From NCBI GenBank assembly GCA_964590225.1, contig CAZPWS010000011.1, positions 4,136 to 68,135 on the forward strand: DNA of 64,000 bases. The letters are read 5' to 3'. Under the pieces are notes generated by a model that made no database searches, was not told the DNA's origin, and was given only the letters and a program-made list of their open reading frames with translations. The DNA comes from an uncultured Fibrobacterota bacterium. Lineage in GTDB: Bacteria > Fibrobacterota > OXYB2-FULL-49-7 > JAEUSG01. Position numbers and translations under genes: made by a program. Below are positions 35,681 through 44,927 of this stretch, in pieces (positions within the stretch are counted from its first letter, which is position 1; the number at the start of each line of letters is the position of its first letter).

Positions 35681-38404
35681 ATGCAGCAGTTATTTGCGCT
35701 ACTCTTTTTAATTTTCTCGTCTGTTATTCTCGGCGATAATGTTTCCGACTCTATGCTTTTATCGTACTTTGATGCATCTCTTTTGCCGGTAATGTTTATA
35801 CTTAACGCAATCCTACTGTTTATCGTATCTGCCTTTTTTATGACCTTAATAGATAGAGTTGACCGCGGCTACTTACTAATAGGCGTTCTTGTCAGCCACC
35901 TAATAATACTGTCTGCAGTAAAAGTTGCAATAACATTAAAAATATTCGTAGCCTGTCCATTTTTGTACTCTTATTCCTATTCATCTAAAATGATTTTATT
36001 TATGGTTTTCTGGACAGTTGTCAATGATATTATTGATGCACGGGATGCAAAAAGGCTGTTCCCACGAATAGCAGCAGGTGGCGTACTTGGTGGAATCACA
36101 ATCTCCTTTGTTGCGGCTATATTTGCCCCTAGCCTCGGCGCAGAAGGGCTTATGGTTGTATGGCTTGCAATTGTTAGCGCAGCTATTCCTCTCTCGTTCG
36201 CGATACATAAAAAATTCATGCCACATTTAAAGGCTACACGCGAGCCATCAACATCATCATCTCTTTTTCAAAGGCTAACAGACTTTCGTTTAATCCGCAA
36301 TGACAATCTGCTACGGCATATGGCGATTATCTATTTTCTTACCTTCATTCTCTTATACGCGAACGATTTTATATTTCTTTCAACACTTAAAGAAAATTTT
36401 CTTTCGGCGCGCAATAGCCTAATAGAAGCGATCGATCCATCGCTGATACTTGGCCTATTAAGTGGCGGCGATGCCGATGCACTGATCTTAAAAAAGGCAG
36501 TGCCAACTTTTCTTGGACTTTTTAAAGGAATAGCAAACACACTTACCTTGATAATTCAGTTTACAATAGCAGGTTTTATTCTCCGTAGTCTTGGAACCGT
36601 AAAAGCTATGCTTGTTATGCCAATTTGCCTCTTTTTTATTTATGGTTCAATGGTAGCGGTCAAGTTTCTTAATTTTCCAGATATTGCCCCACTAGGATAT
36701 CCTTTTTTCGGAAATCTTTTATTCACAACTGTACTATTTGGTCTTACCGCGAGAATCGCGCTTTTCGACGCGATTTATTCACCCAATTTCCAAATTTTCT
36801 TTTCTGCACTAAATAAAGACATTAGGGGAAGAGGAAAAATCCTTATCGAAGGCCTTATAAAACCATTCGCCATTCTTGCAGCCGGACTTTTTATACTTAC
36901 ATTTTATGAATCCCACCCTACTGGTTCGCTTATCTCTCTATTTGTTTTTTCGTTTGTACTAATCGTGATATGTCTTTTAATAAAAAAATCATATACAAAG
37001 AGCATTGCGAAATCGCTCGGAGACGGTAGAGAGGAAAGACTTGAAACCCTGCTGCACTCCGACAAAGAGAAAGAAGAAAACGCCATCCCCTTTCTTCAGG
37101 ACTTTATTGAGGACACCGATACAGAAATAGCTGAATTCGCGACTTTCACGCTAGCTTCTTTGAGTGGAGATGAACCCCCAAAGCTTCTATGGGGACGCTT
37201 CTCTCGAGCGAGTGAGTCTGAAAAAATACACTTTCTTCGTGTCATATTACCGCTAAAAGATATGCGATATATACGGCTCTATGAAGCTGGTCTTTTTAGC
37301 ATCTCGGGCGATGTAACGGCAACATCACTTGAGGCTATTATTAAATTAGGAATACCAATAGATACTTCTCGCATATCCAGATTTGTCAACAGTAATCATG
37401 ACGGAGTGAGAGCGGCAGCGGCAGTTGCACTATGGAAGAATGGTTCTGCAAGCGAAAAACAGATGCTGCAAACTGTTTTGCGTGAGGTGCTATTTGCATC
37501 CGATACATCTTATCTTAAATTTGGTATTAGAGCACTTGCAGCCTCCTCTGATTCTTCGCTCTGGCCCTTGCTTGAAATGGGATTAAATAGAGCGCTACTG
37601 CTCGGTACAGACTATACGAGAATAGCAATTGAGGCCGCCTCCTCCATAAACGATATCAGGGCATGTAGGTGGTTAATGACACAAATACCTCTTTTAGAAG
37701 GAACCGTTCTGGATCTTATTGATAAACATCTTTCACTGTATTTGCATGAGTATCCTGAACTTGTTGAAGAGGCTTTTAATAGTCCATGCGCGGTTCTGCG
37801 AATACATACCGTCAAGGCCCTTGTCAACAGGAGTAAAGACAATGACGAAGCAATTACAACTCTACTTGAGGATCTGCTTGAAACTGAAGTACAACTTATG
37901 TTTCGCTATGCGTCGTACACATCCATACTGCTGCCAGAAAGCGATGGTGAAAAACTTTTATCTGATGCTGTTAACGAGCGAAAAATATCCACCAACTTAT
38001 CGCACTTTCTAATGATATGCGCGGCACTCTATCCAAATTCGGGACTAAAAGCTGCGGCGAATAGAATTAAAAGCATAAATAAACATGTAAGAGCCTCAGC
38101 CCTTGAGCTGCTTGATAATACAACATCAATCCGTCCTGTTAAGCTTTTTCTAAAGCTTATCGACAAACCGGACCATTCGTGGATACGAGATACGCTTCGC
38201 AAGGAGTGGCGAGAGGAAACGCCAACGCGCCTTTCCGTTATCAAAACATTATCTGAAGAGTCTGATGCATGGATACGAATGCTCGCTATTTACGCTGCAT
38301 TGGAACACGACAGAGCTTTTGGAAACACAGAATTTCTCGATGCAATTGACCTAAACAGGGTAAGCGCTCTTGCACTTATGGCGGAGGTAATTGAAGATGG
38401 CTGA
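35681..38404 (+). CDS. TLC/NTT-like (ATP/ADP-translocase family) polytopic membrane domain fused to a ~450 aa cytoplasmic HEAT-repeat array
   Basis: The N-terminal ~440 aa has 10-12 predicted TM helices. WTVVNDIIDARDAKRLFPRIAAGGVLGGI parallels the TLC signature WQFANQIT..AEAKRFY..FG.LANL. The C-terminus carries repeated HEAT/PBS-lyase-like helices (VRAAAAVALWK..., LRIHTVKALVN..., VRASALELLDN..., IRMLAIYAALE...). Confidence 0.65.
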   Translation: MQQLFALLFLIFSSVILGDNVSDSMLLSYFDASLLPVMFILNAILLFIVSAFFMTLIDRVDRGYLLIGVLVSHLIILSAVKVAITLKIFVACPFLYSYSYSSKMILFMVFWTVVNDIIDARDAKRLFPRIAAGGVLGGITISFVAAIFAPSLGAEGLMVVWLAIVSAAIPLSFAIHKKFMPHLKATREPSTSSSLFQRLTDFRLIRNDNLLRHMAIIYFLTFILLYANDFIFLSTLKENFLSARNSLIEAIDPSLILGLLSGGDADALILKKAVPTFLGLFKGIANTLTLIIQFTIAGFILRSLGTVKAMLVMPICLFFIYGSMVAVKFLNFPDIAPLGYPFFGNLLFTTVLFGLTARIALFDAIYSPNFQIFFSALNKDIRGRGKILIEGLIKPFAILAAGLFILTFYESHPTGSLISLFVFSFVLIVICLLIKKSYTKSIAKSLGDGREERLETLLHSDKEKEENAIPFLQDFIEDTDTEIAEFATFTLASLSGDEPPKLLWGRFSRASESEKIHFLRVILPLKDMRYIRLYEAGLFSISGDVTATSLEAIIKLGIPIDTSRISRFVNSNHDGVRAAAAVALWKNGSASEKQMLQTVLREVLFASDTSYLKFGIRALAASSDSSLWPLLEMGLNRALLLGTDYTRIAIEAASSINDIRACRWLMTQIPLLEGTVLDLIDKHLSLYLHEYPELVEEAFNSPCAVLRIHTVKALVNRSKDNDEAITTLLEDLLETEVQLMFRYASYTSILLPESDGEKLLSDAVNERKISTNLSHFLMICAALYPNSGLKAAANRIKSINKHVRASALELLDNTTSIRPVKLFLKLIDKPDHSWIRDTLRKEWREETPTRLSVIKTLSEESDAWIRMLAIYAALEHDRAFGNTEFLDAIDLNRVSALALMAEVIEDG

Positions 38405-38861
38405 TCAAAAGATGGATGCCTTGCGGTTTCTTGAAAATGTAATTTTCCTGCGAAAACATACGCTTTTTTCCGGCTTACAAACTGGAGAACTGAGAGCCCT
38501 TGCCCTCATTGCAAAAGAAATACCCTTGATAAGTGGTGAATACGCAGTAAGAGAAGGAGATGCCGGAGATTCTTTTTTTATTGTTAAGTCCGGTACTCTT
38601 CTTGTTGTTAAGGATGAGGGAAAAATTACTCTAGCCCGCATCGAGCAAGGGGGCTGTTTTGGAGAAATGGCATTATTTGAAGATGGCACACTTCGTTCAG
38701 CAGATGTCAGGGCAGATGGGCCAAGCATACTTCTTTCCTTTCAACGGGAAGACTTTTTTGATGTGCTAAGCCGACAACCGAGAATTGCAATTGAGTTGCT
38801 TGTACTGTTCAGTCGCCGTATCAGAGAACTCAACGAAAAGCTATCTGCGGAGAAATTATAA
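38391..38861 (+). CDS. Stand-alone cyclic-nucleotide-binding (cNMP/CAP-effector) domain protein, 156 aa
   Basis: Canonical cNMP cassette FGEMALFEDGTLRSADVRA. It overlaps the upstream gene by 14 nt and the downstream gene by 1 nt. Confidence 0.7.
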   Translation: MKMADQKMDALRFLENVIFLRKHTLFSGLQTGELRALALIAKEIPLISGEYAVREGDAGDSFFIVKSGTLLVVKDEGKITLARIEQGGCFGEMALFEDGTLRSADVRADGPSILLSFQREDFFDVLSRQPRIAIELLVLFSRRIRELNEKLSAEKL

Positions 38862-40291
38862 TGGGTAAAACTGGATTTGCTACTCTATTTATAGTAGCTA
38901 CAATGTTGCTTAACTGTGTAGCAACGCGACAGGTTTCGATAACGGTTCGAATGATGCCAGAACAGGAAAAATATTTTAAAGAGAACATTCTTTCTCCTTT
39001 CGAAAAGAAGCATAAATGCCGTATTACGGTTAATTCCTACGATCACCCAGCATCATTAGATACAATGCTTATGGATGGTGCAAAAAATACTATTCTTGTT
39101 AAAGTTCCCTTTGAAGCCACCAGGCATGTCGCCGAAACCAAGCTATTAAAACCTATCGACTCTATAGTTAATACTAAGGAATTTACAGAAATTAAAAACC
39201 GTTATTTTCTGATGCAACTCGCGGCTTTTGATGGCCAAACATATTACTTTCCGAGAAAATTTGAAACAAGAATAGTTGTAGCATTAAAAAGTAAAATAAA
39301 CGAAGCTATTAGGATGTGGGGCGGACATCGAGAAGCAATTGATTCGGTACTTAAGACATACAACGGATACGGTCTTCCGAGCGGATATACTTTGGAAGCT
39401 AATCCCGATGAATGGGACTATTTCGATGTATTTGTCGCTGGCTGGTACTGGGCAAGATCTGACTCAACAAAGTTTATGCCACGAATTGCGCATCGAAGCA
39501 AAAGATACTCAGGCACATGCCAAAGACTTGTTGATAGGATTATATCGCTTGGAGGGAACAGTAGCTCAATAATGAAAATGGAAGGACCAGAAACCGATGG
39601 CTCCTTTATATGGGAAGCGCTCTATGCACGAGAAAAAATTTATCATCCATCAATGATCAAAGATGGATGGTCGGGAGTGGACATATGGAATGGTTTTAAA
39701 AAAGGCGAAGTATATCTTGCTTTCATGACACAACTTGATGCCTTTTTTATACACGGCGATGACGCAGGAAAACAGGCTGGTTATATTGCGAATCCTGACG
39801 ATCTTACTTTTGCTGTTATGCCTAAAGGTGTCTCGCTTGAATTATCATCGGAAGGAAAGCCCCTGTTTGTTGGAACAAACTCCGTATCAACTGGTGGGTG
39901 GTGGTGGGGTATCCCTGTAAATTCCCCCGACTATAAACTCTCTTTACTCCTTGCAGAGTGGATACTCGCTTCTGCCAATCAAACAACCGAAGCAAGCAAT
40001 TTTGGAATGATACCAGTGCGAAAAGATATCTTGAGTGACATCGGGTTGCTGTTTGGAAGAACATGGATTGCTGATATCTATAACACTTCACTCAAACAAC
40101 TCGTTTATAACCGTTATAATACAGTTCCTGTTCATGATAAATATGCTGAGGTAGAATCAATTTATCTTGACGCTTTCGACGACATAGTAATAAAGGGAAA
40201 CAACGGTCCAACAAACAGTGGCATGATTTCATACATTGGGAAAATATTGGAACCTTACCGATCTAAGGCATATATCATTTCAAACAAGTAA
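38861..40291 (+). CDS. Periplasmic solute-binding protein (SBP_bac_1-like) lipoprotein, with no adjacent ABC permease or ATPase
   Basis: Signal peptide with LLNC lipobox-like Cys. 476 aa. Aromatic blocks WDYFDVFVAGWYWA and GGWWWGIP are typical of family-1 sugar-binding proteins. Confidence 0.55.
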   Translation: MGKTGFATLFIVATMLLNCVATRQVSITVRMMPEQEKYFKENILSPFEKKHKCRITVNSYDHPASLDTMLMDGAKNTILVKVPFEATRHVAETKLLKPIDSIVNTKEFTEIKNRYFLMQLAAFDGQTYYFPRKFETRIVVALKSKINEAIRMWGGHREAIDSVLKTYNGYGLPSGYTLEANPDEWDYFDVFVAGWYWARSDSTKFMPRIAHRSKRYSGTCQRLVDRIISLGGNSSSIMKMEGPETDGSFIWEALYAREKIYHPSMIKDGWSGVDIWNGFKKGEVYLAFMTQLDAFFIHGDDAGKQAGYIANPDDLTFAVMPKGVSLELSSEGKPLFVGTNSVSTGGWWWGIPVNSPDYKLSLLLAEWILASANQTTEASNFGMIPVRKDILSDIGLLFGRTWIADIYNTSLKQLVYNRYNTVPVHDKYAEVESIYLDAFDDIVIKGNNGPTNSGMISYIGKILEPYRSKAYIISNK

Positions 40292-40309
40292 TATATTAAC
40301 GGTGGCCTG

Positions 40310-41152
40310 CTACGAGCCAACAATTACAGAAATTATTCCACCGATCAGCACAACTTTAAGAATAGTAGATAAAATATCGCATCTATTTTTGATATTTTTA
40401 GTATAGGTCAGTAAAAGAAATATTGAATATATAGTTGCTGCTAATATAATGGGAGCTGCTATCAATAGATATCGTAAAGAGTACCTTTCTGTTAACCACG
40501 GTAATGGTATGAGAAATGTCAGCAGTAGCATAAACAAAACAACTATTAGCAATGCTCGATTAACACCATAGACAATCGGAAAGGTAAGAATTCCGGCAGA
40601 TTTGTCGCCTTCAACATCAGCGATATCTTTAACAATTTCCCTGCAAAAATGAATTATCAAGGCAAATATTGAAGGCCAAATAACATGCGTAACCGCCGTA
40701 ACACTAAGCAATGCACCATACAGCAGAGTAACAGTTGACAAGAGTGCTACAACAAGGTTCCCCCAAATCACGGTTCCTTTAAGATAAAAGGAGTAGATCC
40801 AGAGCAAAAACGCTATGCATAAGGTAGTAAGAAAGTAGTGAAGACTAACAGCACGAGCGAGGGAAAATCCAATAAGTAATAGCAAAAATGAAAAGTTATG
40901 CGCGCCCTCTATTGTTACCATACCGGATGGCAGCGGCCTGTTAGGACGATTAATTTTATCAATATCTATATCAGCAATATCATTAATGACATTTCCATAT
41001 GCGGTTATTAGAAATGCTGCCCCAGAAAGCAAAAGTAGTTGTCCTGTTACTGTAAAAGTATAGGGATTAGAAACAAGCACATACCCGGTTACAACTCCAA
41101 TTGAAGCAAGCAGTGAATTTATAGGGCGTATCATCAGCAAAAAATTGATCAC
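40310..41152 (-). CDS. UbiA-family aromatic/isoprenoid prenyltransferase
   Basis: NDIADIDIDKINRPNRPLPSG (first Asp-rich motif) and a second motif KDIADVEGD. Polytopic, 280 aa. Confidence 0.75.
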   Translation of the reverse strand: MINFLLMIRPINSLLASIGVVTGYVLVSNPYTFTVTGQLLLLSGAAFLITAYGNVINDIADIDIDKINRPNRPLPSGMVTIEGAHNFSFLLLLIGFSLARAVSLHYFLTTLCIAFLLWIYSFYLKGTVIWGNLVVALLSTVTLLYGALLSVTAVTHVIWPSIFALIIHFCREIVKDIADVEGDKSAGILTFPIVYGVNRALLIVVLFMLLLTFLIPLPWLTERYSLRYLLIAAPIILAATIYSIFLLLTYTKNIKNRCDILSTILKVVLIGGIISVIVGS

Positions 41153-42150
41153 GAAACCAACCTCTCAGTTTCGTTAAAATCAAATGGTGGCTCAACAAAA
41201 AACTCCATCTTCTTATCACTGATGGGGTGATTGAAAGAGAGATACTCTGCATGCAGCATCACCCGCGCAGCGGAATCTGCTAATTTGGCCGCTTTTGCTT
41301 TATAAAGAGGCTCAATCTGCTTCATTCTGTTTGCACGCGATTCGCCATATAAAGAATCACCGGCAATGGGGTGACGCATATATGCCGCGTGAACTCTAAT
41401 CTGATGGGTTCGACCAGTTTCTGGATACGCATAAACAACAGCTGCAAAAGGTGCTGAACGAATAAGCGCAAATTCTGTTTTTGCAATCCGTCCGTTAACA
41501 TTGGCTGCGATTTTTAGCGGGTTAGAAGGGCTTCGTTTCAAGGAAATGTCAACCATAAAACCCGACTCAACGCATCCCCACAATATTGCACGATACCTCT
41601 TTTTAATTTTTCTATCGGAAAAATAGTTAGCCATCACGGTGTGAGACTTTTCGTTCAGCGCTATAACTAATAAACCCGAGGTCTCTTTATCAAGACGATG
41701 CACTACGCCAGGCCTATTTGATGATGTTCTTTCGGGCATCGGCAGGGAATTACCGTACCTGAATAATAAAGCATTTACAAGAGTACCTTTTTTAATACCT
41801 GCTCCAGGATGCACTACCATACCGGAAGGCTTGTTTATAACAAGAATATCACTGTCCTCATACACAACATTAAGATTGATGTTTTCTGCTTCTACGGCAA
41901 GCTCGTTTATAATATAAGAAGAATCAAAATCTATCTGATCGCCATGCCTTACGGAATAGCCTGGTTTTGCAATGTCACCATTTACCTTAACTTTTCCTAA
42001 TTCAATAAAACGCTTGATAGCGGAACGCGATAGGTCTGGTATTTCCGGCTGTGCCTTTGTAAGCCAAATATCAAGCCGTTGATCCGCACTATCAGGCGGA
42101 ACAGTCAACTTTATCACAACGGCTTCCCCTTTTTTGGAAAAAAGAGACAA
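41149..42150 (-). CDS. rluD: 23S rRNA pseudouridine synthase RluD-like. The 5' end probably begins at a later start, because the ORF-track start overlaps lspA by 58 nt.
   Basis: S4 domain plus HRLDKETSGLLV catalytic motif. Confidence 0.8.
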   Translation of the reverse strand: MSLFSKKGEAVVIKLTVPPDSADQRLDIWLTKAQPEIPDLSRSAIKRFIELGKVKVNGDIAKPGYSVRHGDQIDFDSSYIINELAVEAENINLNVVYEDSDILVINKPSGMVVHPGAGIKKGTLVNALLFRYGNSLPMPERTSSNRPGVVHRLDKETSGLLVIALNEKSHTVMANYFSDRKIKKRYRAILWGCVESGFMVDISLKRSPSNPLKIAANVNGRIAKTEFALIRSAPFAAVVYAYPETGRTHQIRVHAAYMRHPIAGDSLYGESRANRMKQIEPLYKAKAAKLADSAARVMLHAEYLSFNHPISDKKMEFFVEPPFDFNETERLVS

Positions 42151-42637
42151 TTACGAGAGTAAACACACCAACCGTTACACATGAATCGGCAAAATTAAAG
42201 ATAAAAAACCGCTCCATAATAATATCGGGGAGGTTGACATCTATAAAATCAACAACTTTTCCATGCATAAATCTGTCGTACATATTTCCCAACCCACCAC
42301 CAAGAATCAGGATAAAACAGGCCATTCCTAGTTTGCCATTATTTCTATCAAAATAATAGAGATATAGTATCATTAATACCGCCAAAACAGAGAAAATCGT
42401 ATAAAACAGCTTTGAGCCAATAAATGGCAGTACGGCACCAGGATTAAGACCGAAAGCACCATTGTAATTATACACAAAAGTAAAACGGACTGCATCACCT
42501 ATTACCTCAATCGACTCGTGCAGCGACATACGCGTAACAACAAGCTTTTTAGTGTACTGGTCAATAGCAAAAATTGTCGCAACACATACTAACAATAGAA
42601 TTGTTTTTATAATATTTTTACGAACTTTAGGGTTCAT
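42092..42637 (-). CDS. lspA: Lipoprotein signal peptidase (signal peptidase II)
   Basis: FNFADSCVTVG (FNxAD motif), four TM helices, 181 aa. Confidence 0.8.
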   Translation of the reverse strand: MNPKVRKNIIKTILLLVCVATIFAIDQYTKKLVVTRMSLHESIEVIGDAVRFTFVYNYNGAFGLNPGAVLPFIGSKLFYTIFSVLAVLMILYLYYFDRNNGKLGMACFILILGGGLGNMYDRFMHGKVVDFIDVNLPDIIMERFFIFNFADSCVTVGVFTLVIVSFFQKRGSRCDKVDCSA

Positions 42638-43649
42638 TAATTACCTTTCTTGCTCTATTAGAGGTAGATTTCAAATTATTAATTATCTCAGTAGATTTAT
42701 TATCGGTACCGTATAAATGGCCGTAAAGAGCAATAATCGAATCACACCTTTCTGCGCTCATTTTATAGTTTTTCTCATCAAACTCCAATTGCGCAAGTGT
42801 GCTATGAATCGAAAGTCGGTTATAGGCAAAATCCATTGGTATTAAATCAACCAAAGGCAGTAACTCATAAAAATACCGCTTTGCAATATCCTTTCTCCCT
42901 GCCGAGATTGCCCCCTTGGCAGCAATCCACAAAAAAGACCTGTTAGTAGGGTATTTTTCCCTAAAAACAGCAAGAAGAGAATCCGCTTCTGCCCATTTTT
43001 TTGAACTACAATAGAGGTTTAGAAGTATTTGCGCAGAAACAATTTTTGAAAATAATCCATATGAAATTGAATGACGCATTTGATTTTCCATGCTGTGGAA
43101 GCCATCATCAACACCAGGTAACCAGCTTACTATTCTTTTCTTGGCATATCTATATACTGTGATGTAAAAGAGGGCATCAACCATTGCAGGATCCCTCTTA
43201 AGAGCTGTTTCAATATGTCCAACGCCTTTAAGCATATTCTTGGCAAAATCATAGTATTGCGCAAATCTTACCTGATGTGCCCCTTTAGTTATAAGTAGAG
43301 AACCAAGATAAAATGGAATCCATGGTGACGCATTATGCTTTCGATAGATACCACGAATCAAGGTTTCAAGTGCGGTTGAAAGGCTATCAAATTCTCGGCC
43401 GTATATGTCGCTTTCATAATCGACCATTGCAGCTTCGTAGGTAATTATCAGACAAAAGTCTTTAATAATTTTTTTTTCGTTACAGTCATTTTTTACGGAT
43501 GAGAAGATTGCTATTGCGCTGTCGTATTCTTGCGTAGCCACAAAATCCATGCCGCGCAAAATATCCGCTTCAATATCTAAAGGGGAAAGATAATGATGAA
43601 CAGAACTCGCGTTAACCGACAAGAAAAGGGCTAAAATGATAATTAACAT
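42627..43649 (-). CDS. Exported alpha-helical (TPR-like) hypothetical protein, 340 aa
   Basis: Signal peptide and helical repeat character. It sits between the M16 peptidase and lspA. Confidence 0.5.
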   Translation of the reverse strand: MLIIILALFLSVNASSVHHYLSPLDIEADILRGMDFVATQEYDSAIAIFSSVKNDCNEKKIIKDFCLIITYEAAMVDYESDIYGREFDSLSTALETLIRGIYRKHNASPWIPFYLGSLLITKGAHQVRFAQYYDFAKNMLKGVGHIETALKRDPAMVDALFYITVYRYAKKRIVSWLPGVDDGFHSMENQMRHSISYGLFSKIVSAQILLNLYCSSKKWAEADSLLAVFREKYPTNRSFLWIAAKGAISAGRKDIAKRYFYELLPLVDLIPMDFAYNRLSIHSTLAQLEFDEKNYKMSAERCDSIIALYGHLYGTDNKSTEIINNLKSTSNRARKVINEP

Positions 43650-43661
43650 AACGGTTAATAA

Positions 43662-44927
43662 TTAAAACCGCGCCTTCATAACCAACTTGTCAATATTTTT
43701 TATTTTTGGCGATGCAGTACAAATGGCCATATTACTGTCCGAAAAGTAACGGTTAGCCACATCAACAATGTCCTTTTGAGTGACCTTCTCAATTCTTTTA
43801 ATAGCTACCTCAACAGGCTCCAATCTTCGCCAATAAAGTTCACTTTTTGCAATCTGCCCCATGCGATTGCTGGTATTCTCCATTCCGAGCATTATACTAC
43901 CACAAAGGTAAGTTTTTGCAAAATCAACCTCCTTCGCACCCACTCCCCTTGTTTTAATGGAGTTTAATTCCTCAAAGAGAGCATTAAGTGCTTTCCCGAG
44001 GTTTTCAGGATCGGTACCAAGGAAAAAGCCAATAATGCCGTTGTCGATATTTGCTTCCATAAAAGAATAGACAGAATAAGCAAGTCCAAGACGCTCCCGT
44101 ATATTTTGAAATAGCCTGGAACTCATACCGTCACCAAGAATGGCATTTAGTACAAGAAGTGGGTATTTATCTTTGTGCACAAAAGATGGGATTCTGAAAG
44201 CTGCAGAAAAATTAACCTGCTGAATGGGTTTAATAAAATACTTCCGTACAGGAGAAGATAACTCGGGAAGCATCCTTTTACTCTGCCCCATTTTAAGTGC
44301 GACAAGAGGTTTGGCATACAAGCATAACTTCTTGTGGTCCACATTACCAGATGCGGCAACAATAATTCGACTCGAACGCATTAACTCACTCATGTGAAGT
44401 ATATCTTGCCTGCTAAAGGCACGAACATGGTTGTCTCTGCCGGTAATGGGCCAACCAAGAGAAATTTCCGGCCAAAGGCATTCCATTATACCATCATGAA
44501 CAAACTCTTCCGGATTATCGTCACACCCTTTAATTTCCTCAAGAATTACCAATCTCTCTTTTTCAAGTTCACCAGCATCAAAAGAGGAATTGAGAAAGAT
44601 ATCATTGATGAGTTCACACGCAGTTCTTAGTTCCTTATCGACAAACTTTGCATGTACACAGACCTGTTCACGGCCTGTAAACGCATTAATGGACCCTCCA
44701 CTTCTTTCAAGTGTACGAGCGATATCTTCGGGTGAGCTCTTTGCCGTTCCCTTGAAAATCATATGCTCATAAAAGTGCGACAATCCCATTTCCCGCTCGT
44801 TTTCATCTCTTGATCCCCTATCGATCCAGACCCCCAGGGTAATGGATGATACATGGGGCAGAAAATCGGTTACCACAGTAACATTTTTTCCGATCTTCGT
44901 GCGGGAAACGGACTGTCTCATTTTCAT
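43662..44927 (-). CDS. M16-family zinc peptidase (insulinase/pitrilysin-like, active subunit)
   Basis: Inverted zinc motif HFYEHMIFKGT (HxxEH). 421 aa. ATGA overlap with the pnp stop. Confidence 0.8.
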   Translation of the reverse strand: MKMRQSVSRTKIGKNVTVVTDFLPHVSSITLGVWIDRGSRDENEREMGLSHFYEHMIFKGTAKSSPEDIARTLERSGGSINAFTGREQVCVHAKFVDKELRTACELINDIFLNSSFDAGELEKERLVILEEIKGCDDNPEEFVHDGIMECLWPEISLGWPITGRDNHVRAFSRQDILHMSELMRSSRIIVAASGNVDHKKLCLYAKPLVALKMGQSKRMLPELSSPVRKYFIKPIQQVNFSAAFRIPSFVHKDKYPLLVLNAILGDGMSSRLFQNIRERLGLAYSVYSFMEANIDNGIIGFFLGTDPENLGKALNALFEELNSIKTRGVGAKEVDFAKTYLCGSIMLGMENTSNRMGQIAKSELYWRRLEPVEVAIKRIEKVTQKDIVDVANRYFSDSNMAICTASPKIKNIDKLVMKARF

